Source: an uncultured Gammaproteobacteria bacterium
Lineage (GTDB): Bacteria > Pseudomonadota > Gammaproteobacteria > CAWCPV01
Length of the DNA stretch: 64,000 nucleotides
Reading direction: 5' to 3'
NCBI GenBank assembly: GCA_963797555.1
Contig: CAWCPV010000003.1
Coordinates: 832,001 to 896,000 of the forward strand
The notes under the pieces: model-generated
Databases searched by the model: none
What the model was told of the DNA's origin: nothing
What the model saw: the letters and a program-made list of their open reading frames with translations, nothing else
Shown here: positions 9,597 through 18,894 of the stretch, piece after piece
How positions within the stretch are numbered: position 1 is the stretch's first letter
How the letters are laid out: every line of letters begins with the position of its first letter
Program-made: the position numbers and the translations under genes

Positions 9597-10007
9597 TCAT
9601 TCCTCTCTCAGGTGGAACAAGAGCGTGCTCCTGCTCCCAGGACCGACACGTACCGCCTTGCTCTGGCGGCTGACGCTCGTCGATGCTATCACCGTGTAGC
9701 TCCCGGCCGGCAGCCGAGCGAAGAGCCAGGGTCCCGCGGAGATTGTCTCCAGGACTGCCTTACCTGCGCGGTTCTGGATGACCACCTTCACGTCCACCAG
9801 ATAATGGCCGTCCGGGTTAGCAAACTCGAGCTTCAGGTTGGCACCCTGGGCCTCCGCTTGGAGAGCTTCCCGTGCGCCTTCGCCTACGCCGCCGCTCCAA
9901 ACCTGGGTCTCGTCGGAGCCTGTGGCGGCAGGCTGGGCATGCAGTAACGGAGCAGCGGCTATCGCTGCCGTATACAGGATCGCCATCATGTTGCGCTTGG
10001 TCGACAT
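9597..10007 (-). CDS. exported protein with carboxypeptidase-regulatory-like domain
   Basis: Signal peptide, SGGVG..R, GHYLVDVKVVI, GPWLFARLPAGSYTV; GAGGTG RBS before ATG 10007. Confidence 0.7.
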   Translation of the reverse strand: MSTKRNMMAILYTAAIAAAPLLHAQPAATGSDETQVWSGGVGEGAREALQAEAQGANLKLEFANPDGHYLVDVKVVIQNRAGKAVLETISAGPWLFARLPAGSYTVIASTSVSRQSKAVRVGPGSRSTLLFHLREE

Positions 10008-10100
10008 GGCCGAACACCTCCTTTGCAAGTCGAGGCAGCCGCGTGGCTGTCCGCAGTCCGGTTGACTGGAACGCATATCGGGTTCCGGCACCGCCCCCAG

Positions 10101-11382
10101 TCAACGCTTGGTTTTCCGGAGTCTGAACAGGGCATTCGCACCCTCGTCGCTGGTTAAATAAAGCGCGCCATCGGGTCCGATGGCCACCCCGGCCGGGCGT
10201 GCCCAGCGCTCGCCGTCATCGAGCTGAAAGCCGGTAATGAGGTCATCAACGCGCCGCGCTTGGCCTCGTTCGAAACGGACCGCCACGACCTTCGGTGGCC
10301 GTCGCGTGGCCGGATCCCCGAAGGAGCCGCCGGAAGGGCGGGTGCCCCAGGAGCCGTGTAAGGCCACGATAGCGTCGCCGGCCAGACTCGCATCCATGAC
10401 GCCCCGAGGAACGAAGGCCATGCCCAGGGGGGCGCTGCGCGCCGGGAACGTCGCGACCGGCAGAGTGACGTTCTCGTTCGGGTCGGGGCGGCGTGCGCCG
10501 TATGCAGTCATCCCGCCGCAGCCGTTCGCCGTCGTACTCGAACCACGGCATGCCGTGAAAGGAGTCCGGTGCGAGAAGGCTGAAGTACTCCGGCGGCAAG
10601 TCGTAACCCCAGTGGTCGGGGCCGTTGTTGGCGGCGTACAAGACGTGCGTGCCCGGTTGCCAGTCGAAGCCCACGGGGTTGCGCAGGCCCGAGGCATACG
10701 GCTGCCAGTGCGGGCTGCCGTTGCGCTCGTCCAGCACCATGACGCCGCCGCGGCGATCCTCGAGGGGATAGCCTCCCCCAAGGTACTGGTCGCTGCAGTT
10801 GCTTTGGATGCCCAAACTCAGGTATACGCGCCCATCCGGGCCCACGGCCACGCTGCGGCTGGCGTGGCCTCCGCCGCCGGGAAGACGGGCCAGCAGGGTG
10901 ACATCCTCGGGCGACAGGCGTGCCTGACCGGGCTGGTAAGGCGCCCGATACACTCCGTCGGTCCGCCCGATCAGGATCTCGCCGGGGCGAAGCGCCACGC
11001 TGTGCGGGTAGTCGCCGAGGCGCACCAAGACCTCGGGGTGGTCGTAGGGCGGTGGGAGGCGGTAGACGTTGCCGGAGTGCGACCCGATAAACAGGTCGCC
11101 GTTGCCTCCGAAGGTAAGGAACCGCGGGCCGTCCAGCTTGCTGGTCACGACCTCAAGGGCGTAGCCGGCCGGCACCCGCACAGCCCGCACTACGCCGTCC
11201 ACGCGCAGCGTCTGAACGCGGTACTCGAGGGCCTGCGTCGAGGCGGTCGAAGAGCTCGACAGCACCAACAGCGCGGCACTCAGCGGCGGCACTGAGCGGC
11301 GACTCGGAAGGGAACCGACACGGCGCACGAACCAGACCTCGTCTGCTACGGGTGACCTAACTTCGAGCTTAAGACCCCGCAC
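10101..11382 (-). CDS. PQQ-dependent sugar/sorbosone dehydrogenase family, frameshifted near 10480; start uncertain
   Basis: VPAGYALEV, GPRFL, YASGLRNPVGFDWQP, FHGMPW; C-part ARSAPLGMAF, ALHGSW, RPAGVAIGPDGALYLTSD in ORF 10101..10781. Confidence 0.8.
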
Positions 11383-11508
11383 CCGTCGGATGCAATGATC
11401 GATTTCCCGAATAACGCGCCGGAGCTAGACACGCGCCCGCGGTCCGGCGTACGGCCTGGAAAGAAGCTCCGGCCGAGGATTGGGGACGGCGCACGGCGCG
11501 GGACCCCA

Positions 11509-13338
11509 CTAGCGCGCTCCCAGCGGCTCCGCCTGCAAGTGAACGGTCAGCTCGGGCAGGTTGGTCTTCCCGAGCACCAGGGAGATCGGCTCGTCCAGCG
11601 TGGGGTCGCCGATCAACTGCACATCCGCCTCGAGACCCAGCGCTGGAATGATCACCGTGCCCCGCTGGCCGTGGCGGTCCACCAGGATTCCTTGGCCACG
11701 CCACCCCGGATTTCTGAGCAGGTGCACCAGCGTCCAGTGCAGGTTGGACTGCCGCTCCGCGCGGCGCGCGGCGGTCATGGCCGCGTCTGCGGCGCCCACG
11801 CGCTCCAGGACTTGGGGCTGGCTCAGCGTCGGCTCGCCGCGGAGGTAAGCCCGGATCTGCTGGTGGACGATCAGGTCCAGATATCGCCGCAACGGGCTCG
11901 TCGCCTGAGTGTAGACTTCCAGGCCGAGCCCGGCATGCGGCTCCGGCATGCTCTTGAGCTGCCGGCGCTTGAGCTTCCTGCGCGCCGCGAACATGGCGGC
12001 GAGGGTGCGCGGGTCGTCGCGGGTCTCCGGCTGAGGCTGCGTGGAGAAAGGCAGGGGGATGCCATGCTCCACGCCGAACCGGGCTGCGGCCAGGCCCCCC
12101 AATAGCATAGCCTCGCACACCAGCGTGCGGCTGCGCAGAGCCGGCAGCGGGCGGATGACGACCTCCCCTTCAAGCACCCGCACCGTGACCTCCGGGAACT
12201 CCAGCAGCAGCGCACCACCCGTTCGCCGCCGTTCCCGCAGCCTTTGCGCCAGCCGCCAGAGGCCACGGAACGGCTCCTCACAAATGCGCGCGTCGGCCTC
12301 GGCATAGGTGATGCGCGTGGCCCGCACCCGACTCCGTACGACCGTGAACTCGATGGGCTCGCCCTTTTCGCCCAGGACGATCCCGAAGGACAGCGCCGGC
12401 GAGACCTCCTGCAGCCCCATGCCCAGGCGCGCCATGATCCCCGAAGGAAGCATCGGCACTGTGCGCTCGGGCAGATAAAGCGTAGCGCCGCGGCCGCGGG
12501 CCTCCAGATCGGCGGCGCTGTCCGGCGGCACCAGGGCGGCTGCGTCCGCGACATGCACCCAGAGGCGTTCGCCGTCCAGGCTGAGGGCGTCGTCCGGGTC
12601 CAAGTTACCCTCGTCGTCGATAGCGAAGGCAGTGAGGTGCGTGAGGTCGGCCCTCTCTTCGTCAGGCAGCTCGCCCAGCTCCAGCGCCGGCGCTTCGCGC
12701 GGCATCTTCAGCCGGTCGGGGTGAGGGTTGACGCCCTCCGTCCAGTGGCCCACCCGGAGCAGCAAGGCATGGGCGGTTTCCGGCCGCTCGCGGCGGTCTA
12801 GGGCGCGCAACACGCGGCTGCGCTCGCTCTTTCCCAGGGCGAGCAATTCCACGTCCCGGAGCCTCGTCCGGTCTTCGGGTGCCGCCCGGCCGCCGCGGAG
12901 CCGCGCGAGGAAGTCGGCCCAGGCCTGCTCTTCGGCCGCCCTGGCCGCAAACTCCTGGCGCTGCCGCTGCACCTCCTCCACGGTACGGGTTTGTACCTCC
13001 GCCGGTTGCCCGTGGAAGTACCGTCCCTCAGCCACGATCTGCCATGCGGCCCAGGCGGTCGCGGGGGTATATTCGCCATAGGCCAGCTCGGCGAGATCGG
13101 AAAGCGTCGTCCGCGTGCCCGCCAGCAATTCCCATGCGCTCTCAACGTCCCCATCCCGGCTGGTCAGCTCCTGGAGATTGGAGAGCGGGCCCGGGTGCAG
13201 TAGCACCACGTCTTTCGGGCGCACCCGCTGGGTCTTGGCGGCCGCCAGCTCGATCTCCACCTTGTCGTCGGTTCGCAGAACGCGCGCGGGGCGGCTCTTG
13301 TACAGGACCAGGCTGTTGACGGGGAGTGTGTCCATCAT
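11509..13338 (-). CDS. ribonuclease II/R family (RNB domain) exoribonuclease
   Basis: AIDDEGNLDPDDAL, VHVADA, RGATLYLP, PHAGLGLEVYTQATSPLRRYLDL. Confidence 0.88.
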   Translation of the reverse strand: MMDTLPVNSLVLYKSRPARVLRTDDKVEIELAAAKTQRVRPKDVVLLHPGPLSNLQELTSRDGDVESAWELLAGTRTTLSDLAELAYGEYTPATAWAAWQIVAEGRYFHGQPAEVQTRTVEEVQRQRQEFAARAAEEQAWADFLARLRGGRAAPEDRTRLRDVELLALGKSERSRVLRALDRRERPETAHALLLRVGHWTEGVNPHPDRLKMPREAPALELGELPDEERADLTHLTAFAIDDEGNLDPDDALSLDGERLWVHVADAAALVPPDSAADLEARGRGATLYLPERTVPMLPSGIMARLGMGLQEVSPALSFGIVLGEKGEPIEFTVVRSRVRATRITYAEADARICEEPFRGLWRLAQRLRERRRTGGALLLEFPEVTVRVLEGEVVIRPLPALRSRTLVCEAMLLGGLAAARFGVEHGIPLPFSTQPQPETRDDPRTLAAMFAARRKLKRRQLKSMPEPHAGLGLEVYTQATSPLRRYLDLIVHQQIRAYLRGEPTLSQPQVLERVGAADAAMTAARRAERQSNLHWTLVHLLRNPGWRGQGILVDRHGQRGTVIIPALGLEADVQLIGDPTLDEPISLVLGKTNLPELTVHLQAEPLGAR

Positions 13339-13563
13339 CCTTCGCGGTGTCGGTCCGAGAAGCTCTGCGAGGCGCTGGCAGCACCCTGGGGCTCCAGGCA
13401 CCAATTGTCTCAGGAATGGGTCCGGTACGGCACTTTTCCGTGACGGCGCTCAGTTCGTCGTGGCCCCACACTAAAGCGCAGCGCAATGGGGGTCAAAGGA
13501 GTGAAGGGGAGTGTAACCCGAATGGCCACCGGGCATTTTCCGATGTTGCAGGCGACACTCTGT

Positions 13564-14580
13564 TCACGGAAGCGACTGGTCGTCGCCCGTGAAGTCCATC
13601 CGGCCCGGAAGAGAAAACCCACGTTTTGCGGGCCACGCACCCGCGCCGCTTCTCTCTTCCTTCGAGCGTATGGCAAAGTCCGGGTCCATCATCTCTACGA
13701 ACCTGCGGGCCTGCGGTGAGAGCTCTGTGTGCCTGCGCATCACCACACCGTAGCTTCGGGTGGGAAAATAATCGCGCAGCGGAATCGCGGCCAGCTTCTC
13801 GCTCCCCGTCAGACAGATGTTCGTCACAATGGAGACACCCAACCCCAGCTCCACGAACTTCTTGATCACTTCCCAGCCGCCCGCCTCGATCACCACGTGG
13901 TAATCAAGGCCATGCTGGCGGAACACCAGGTCCACGATGCGCCAGGTGCTCAGATGCCGCGGCGGCAAGATAAGCCCGCAGCGGCTCACCTCCTCGAGCG
14001 TGACGTGCTTCTTGCGCGCCAGGGGGTGATCCAAGGGGGTGATGAGCATGGGGTCATAGCTGAAGATCGGAAGATAGGCGACGTCTTCCGGTATTTCGAT
14101 CATCGACCCGACGGCAAAGTCCACCTCGCCCGAGCGCAGCAGCGCCAGGCCGTCTCGCCCCGTGACGTTGTGCAGATGCAGGCTGATGTGCGGATAACGG
14201 TCGCTGTAGCGTTTCACGTACTCCGGCAGGAGGTAGAGGATGGTCGATTCGCCCGCCGCGATATCCAGCGCACCGCCGCTCATCGCGCCCATGCGCTCCC
14301 GAAACACCGCCGGAAGGTTTTCCATGGCCTGCATCAAGGGGAGGGCGGTTTCGAGGAGGACCCGTCCGCTGTCGGTGAGGCAGATACGCGGGCCGTGGCG
14401 CTCGAAGAGCTGCGTGTCGAGGTCTTGCTCCAGAGTCTTGATGAGCTGGGAGACCGAGGGCTGACTCACGCACAACCGTTGGGCGGCTTTTGAGACGCTG
14501 CCCGTTTGTGCCGTTTGGCAGAACGCACGCAACTGGCGCAGGCGGTTGGGGGGGCAGGCATGGGAGGCACGGGGCAGCAT
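13564..14580 (-). CDS. LysR-family transcriptional regulator
   Basis: RLRQLRAF...GSVSKAAQRLCVSQPSVSQLIKTLEQDL HTH; substrate-binding domain ending GLGVSIV. Confidence 0.9.
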   Translation of the reverse strand: MLPRASHACPPNRLRQLRAFCQTAQTGSVSKAAQRLCVSQPSVSQLIKTLEQDLDTQLFERHGPRICLTDSGRVLLETALPLMQAMENLPAVFRERMGAMSGGALDIAAGESTILYLLPEYVKRYSDRYPHISLHLHNVTGRDGLALLRSGEVDFAVGSMIEIPEDVAYLPIFSYDPMLITPLDHPLARKKHVTLEEVSRCGLILPPRHLSTWRIVDLVFRQHGLDYHVVIEAGGWEVIKKFVELGLGVSIVTNICLTGSEKLAAIPLRDYFPTRSYGVVMRRHTELSPQARRFVEMMDPDFAIRSKEERSGAGAWPAKRGFSLPGRMDFTGDDQSLP

Positions 14581-14661
14581 CCGGTGCACCTCGTTTATAG
14601 GAAAATGATATAGCGGACTATTCGCTAAATAGCCTAGTCAAATACTCCGTCGTTTTCTACG

Positions 14662-14730
14662 GTGCGGCAGGCCAAGGCCGGCATCCAGGCGATCTACGTC
14701 CGGGCTGGCAGTCGGCGCGGTCACAGCCAT
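14662..14730 (+). pseudogene. aceA: isocitrate lyase relic
   Basis: VRQAKAGIQAIYV-(S)GWQ matches the ICL motif QQAKAGxxAIYLSGWQV with one indel; divergent from the LysR gene. Confidence 0.45.
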
Positions 14731-15209
14731 TCCAATGGCCGAACCACAACACCGCGTCCACAAACCACCGATGGTCCTGGCCACTGTGTCCTGGGTCACC
14801 GGGTTTCCGAAAGCAGGGCACGATCCTCTCGGTCGCCGCGCAGGAGAAACCTACGCGCGACGCACGGCGACGTTACGTATCGTCCGGCAGGGGATCGACG
14901 CCTCGAAGGCATATATGTAGCTCGACGCGCCGCACCGTAGCGGCGTAAGGTACGTCTCGGACGAGTGCCTGTCCGCGATGCCCAAGACTCGCCATGGCTC
15001 GCTAACTCGAATCTCTTGGTGAGCCGAATAACCTGCCCAGGCCCGACAACCGTGGACGAGTCAATCGGCGCGTCGTTCCTCCGCTGGTGGAGTTGAGAGC
15101 GAGGAGCGCTCGACACGAGCACTCGCGTGGGCGACCACATCGCCCGAGTCGGGGTCTTCCCTGGGGTCGACCCCCATGTCGGCCGTCGTCAAGATGAGCG
15201 AATGCCAAC

Positions 15210-15962
15210 ATGATCGAGCTGGACGGCGTCTCCAAGGCATACGGTGACGTACAGGCTCTGGCGCCGACCGATCTGGTTATTCCGCCTGGCCGGACGATGG
15301 TTTTCATCGGTCCGAGCGGGTGCGGCAAGTCGACGCTGCTTCGACTCATAATCGGCTTGGTCCGCCCAGGCGGTGGAACGGTCCGTTTCGGCGGCGCCGA
15401 GGTCACGCCCGAGAACGCCGTGGAGTTGCGACGACGCATGGGCTACGTGGTACAGCACGGCGGGCTGTTCCCGCATCTCACCGCACGCGGCAACGTCGGC
15501 CTGCTGGCTCGTTACCTGGGGTGGGACGAGCGGCGCATCGACCGGCGGGTGGCCGACCTCATCGCACTGACGCAATTCCCGCTGCGCGGGCTGGACCGCT
15601 ACCCAGCCGAACTGTCGGGAGGACAGCGGCAAAGGGTGAGCCTGATGCGTGCGCTCATGCTGGACCCGGACGTGTTGCTGTTGGATGAGCCACTGGGCGC
15701 GCTCGACCCGATGATCCGTTCGGAACTGCAAGCCGATCTCAAGACCATCTTTCAGCAGTTGGAGAAGACTGTCGTGCTGGTGACGCACGACATCGGGGAG
15801 GCTGGATTCTTCGGGGACCTGATTGTGCTGCTGCGGGAGGGCAGGATAGTCCAACGGGGCACATTGCGGGAGCTGGTCGATTCGCCCGCCGAGCCGTTCG
15901 TCTCGCGTTTCATCAACGCGCAACGCAGCCCGCTGGAAGCCCTGGGAAGCCGACTCCCTTGA
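15210..15962 (+). CDS. osmoprotectant ABC transporter ATP-binding protein
   Basis: Walker A GPSGCGKST, LSGGQRQRV, LLLDEPLGALD, VTHD. Confidence 0.9.
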   Translation: MIELDGVSKAYGDVQALAPTDLVIPPGRTMVFIGPSGCGKSTLLRLIIGLVRPGGGTVRFGGAEVTPENAVELRRRMGYVVQHGGLFPHLTARGNVGLLARYLGWDERRIDRRVADLIALTQFPLRGLDRYPAELSGGQRQRVSLMRALMLDPDVLLLDEPLGALDPMIRSELQADLKTIFQQLEKTVVLVTHDIGEAGFFGDLIVLLREGRIVQRGTLRELVDSPAEPFVSRFINAQRSPLEALGSRLP

Positions 15963-17464
15963 AATGGTCGCGCCTCTTCCTGATCCTGGTGCTGTCCGGC
16001 CGCGCGGGAGTCTCGCACGCGACAGCGGCGGCGGCCGAGGTGAGCATCGGCTCCAAGGTATTCACGGAGTCCGTCATCCTCGGCGAGATGGCGGCGCAGC
16101 TCGCACGCAGCACCGGCGCCCGGGTCGTTTACCGGCGGGGTCTCGGCGGCACGCAGGTGCTCTGGAATGCCCTGCTCGCGGGAGCGATCGATGTTTATCC
16201 GGAGTACACCGGTACCATCGTCCAGGAGCTACTGGGCCCTGGCGCACCGCTGGACCGTGTGGCTATTGCCAAGTCCCTTGCGGCGCGCGGCATTCTTATG
16301 ACCCGGTCGCTCGGTTTCAATAACACCTACGCCATCGGGATGAAAGAGGATGTGGCCGAGCGGCTGCACGTCCGCACCATCTCCGACCTGCGCAGTCATC
16401 CGGAGCTGAGTTTCGGCTTCAGCAACGAGTTCATGGACCGCGCCGACGGCTGGCCGGGGCTGCGCCAGCGCTATCGCTTGCCGCAAAGCGAGGTGCGCGG
16501 CCTGGATCATGATCTGGCCTACCGCGGCATTGCCAGCGGTGCGATCGACGCCACCGACCTCTACTCCACCGACGCGGAGATTCCGTATTACGGCTGGCGC
16601 GTCCTCAAGGACGACCTGAGCTATTTTCCCGATTACCAAGCGGTCCTGCTTTACCGCTCCGAGATCGAGAAACGCGCGCCGCGGGTGGTCGACGCGTTGA
16701 AACGGCTCGAGGGTCTCATTTCCGCGCAGGCGATGGCGAAAATGAACGCGCGCGTAAAGATCGACAAAGCCTCGGAGAGCCGTGTGGCTGCGGACTTTCT
16801 CAAGGACAAGCTCGGGCTCGAAGACGAGGTGCACGAGCCCGACTTGGCCGACCGGTTGACGAGCCACACCTTGCAACACCTCGGACTGGTCGCAGTCTCC
16901 CTTGGCGCTGCCATCCTTCTCTCCATACCCTTAGGCATCTTCGCCGCTCGGCGACCACGGCTCGGCCAGTGGATCCTGAGCACCGTCGGCATCATCCAGA
17001 CCATTCCCTCGCTCGCCCTGCTCGTTTTCATGATCCCGTTCCTGGGAATAGGGGCGCCGCCCGCCATCGTGGCGTTGTTCCTCTACAGCCTGCTTCCCAT
17101 CGTCAGAAGCACCTACACGGGACTGCACGATATTCCGATCGATATTCGCGAGTCCGCCGCGGCGCTCGGCTTACCGCCGGGCGCACGCCTGCGCCTGGTG
17201 GAGATCCCCATGGCCGCCCGAGCGATCCTGGCGGGCATCAAGACCTCCGCAGTGATCAACGTGGGCACCGCCACGCTGGGCGCGCTCATCGGCGCCGGCG
17301 GCTATGGTCAGCCGATTCTGACCGGTATCCGCCTGGATGACCTGGGTCTGATCATGGAGGGCGCCGTGCCCGCGGCCGTGCTCGCCCTGCTGGTGCAAGG
17401 TTCCTTCGATCTGCTCGAACGTGTGGTCGTGCCGAAGGGCCTGCGTCTGAAGCCACAGGCGTGA
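15959..17464 (+). CDS. glycine betaine/choline ABC transporter, fused substrate-binding and permease protein
   Basis: IGSKVFTESVILGE, DVYPEYTGT, LGFNNTYA, QTIPSLALL, EAA-like loop, GAGGYG. Confidence 0.9.
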   Translation: MKWSRLFLILVLSGRAGVSHATAAAAEVSIGSKVFTESVILGEMAAQLARSTGARVVYRRGLGGTQVLWNALLAGAIDVYPEYTGTIVQELLGPGAPLDRVAIAKSLAARGILMTRSLGFNNTYAIGMKEDVAERLHVRTISDLRSHPELSFGFSNEFMDRADGWPGLRQRYRLPQSEVRGLDHDLAYRGIASGAIDATDLYSTDAEIPYYGWRVLKDDLSYFPDYQAVLLYRSEIEKRAPRVVDALKRLEGLISAQAMAKMNARVKIDKASESRVAADFLKDKLGLEDEVHEPDLADRLTSHTLQHLGLVAVSLGAAILLSIPLGIFAARRPRLGQWILSTVGIIQTIPSLALLVFMIPFLGIGAPPAIVALFLYSLLPIVRSTYTGLHDIPIDIRESAAALGLPPGARLRLVEIPMAARAILAGIKTSAVINVGTATLGALIGAGGYGQPILTGIRLDDLGLIMEGAVPAAVLALLVQGSFDLLERVVVPKGLRLKPQA

Positions 17465-17715
17465 TGGCGCAACCCGTCACGTTTGGCGTTCCGTGGAAGC
17501 TGCTTGACAGCGCTTGGTGACGCCGGTCGGGGAGTTCTATATCCGCACCTCGGCGGATATCATGACCACCGACTCCGTCGATGTGGACCTGGGCGCTCCC
17601 TTCACCGAGGTCCAGGACCTGCCCGACAGCGTCCTGTGCTATCTTCTCCCCGGCCGCTACTGTGATTCTGACAGGCTGGGCGAGATCGCGCGGGACGCGC
17701 CGCCGGGTATGGCCA
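17464..17715 (+). pseudogene. transglutaminase-like gene fragment
   Basis: PVGEFYIRTSADIMT...EVQDLPDSVLCYLLPGRYCDSDRL lacks its own catalytic domain and runs in frame into the next gene. Confidence 0.5.
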
Positions 17716-17789
17716 TGCGGCCCGGATCGCGGACCTGGTTCGCAGATCGGTGCGAAACACACCTGGCCACACCCGCGGATGATGGAGCC

Positions 17790-18647
17790 ATGCGACGATT
17801 GCAGATATGGCATGAGACCCGGTACGACTTCGCCAGCCCCGTGCAGCTCCAGGACCACCAGATCATGCTGCGACCCCGGGAGCGCCATGACGTGCGCATC
17901 GAGTCCTCCCGGCTGCTCGTTACGCCGCAGCCCCAGATCTCCTGGCACCGCGACGCCCACGATAACTCGGTCGCCACCCTGAGCTTTTCCGGCCGCGCGC
18001 AGCAGTTGGTCATCACCAGCGAGATCGTCATTCAGCATTACGACGAGGCCCCCCTGGATTTCCTGGTGGCCGACCACGCCGTGTACTATCCCTTCACTTA
18101 CGCACCCGACGATGCCGTGGACCTGGGGCCCTACCTGAGTCCGGTCGAGGCGCCCGGCACTACCGTGTTGCGAGACTGGTTGGCCCGCTTCTGGCAGCCG
18201 GGGGACCGGGTGCAGACCTACGTGCTCTTGGAGAATCTCTGCCGGGGGATGGCCGAAGGTCTGGCCTATCGGGCGCGCGAAGAGCCTGGCGTGCAGCCGC
18301 CGTCCCGAACCCTTGCGCTGGGCGGTGGCTCCTGCCGGGACTTCGCAACCCTGTTCATCGAGCTTGCGCGCAGCCTCGGGCTGGCTGCCCGCTTCGTCAG
18401 CGGCTACTTGGTGACGCCGGTGGAGGACCGGGGCACCGGCGCGACCCACGCCTGGGCGGAAGTCTATCTCCCCGGTGCCGGGTGGAAGGGGTTCGACCCC
18501 ACCATCGGCAGAATCACCGGAAGCGACCATATCCCCGTGGCCCTGGCCCGGCGTCCCGACGCGGTACCGCCCGTGGCGGGCACCTTCGTGGGGCCAAGCA
18601 CGGCCTCCCCCGTACTCCAGGTGCGGGTGAAGGTGACGGCCCTCTGA
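17790..18647 (+). CDS. transglutaminase-family protein
   Basis: HETRYDF N-domain; GSCRDFA, ARFVSGY, THAWAEVYLPGAGWKGFDPT catalytic triad; GGAG RBS. Confidence 0.88.
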   Translation: MRRLQIWHETRYDFASPVQLQDHQIMLRPRERHDVRIESSRLLVTPQPQISWHRDAHDNSVATLSFSGRAQQLVITSEIVIQHYDEAPLDFLVADHAVYYPFTYAPDDAVDLGPYLSPVEAPGTTVLRDWLARFWQPGDRVQTYVLLENLCRGMAEGLAYRAREEPGVQPPSRTLALGGGSCRDFATLFIELARSLGLAARFVSGYLVTPVEDRGTGATHAWAEVYLPGAGWKGFDPTIGRITGSDHIPVALARRPDAVPPVAGTFVGPSTASPVLQVRVKVTAL

Positions 18648-18894
18648 AACAGGTCCGCACCCAGACGGCCCTGTCGGTCACGCGTAGAATTAAAGATCGC
18701 AAAGTGGCAGCTTGATCTGGCCACGAGTATGGACGGTGCCACATCCCATGAGCAGAGGGATGGCGCCGGTCCAGAGGGAAAAACGACGCCCAGCGCGGAG
18801 ACGCCGCCTGCCAGCAGCCAGCAAGCCCGCCGCCGGAAAGGCCGCCGGGCACGGAACCGGGGCGGAGACGGTCCACCAGCCCATGGTCCCATAG

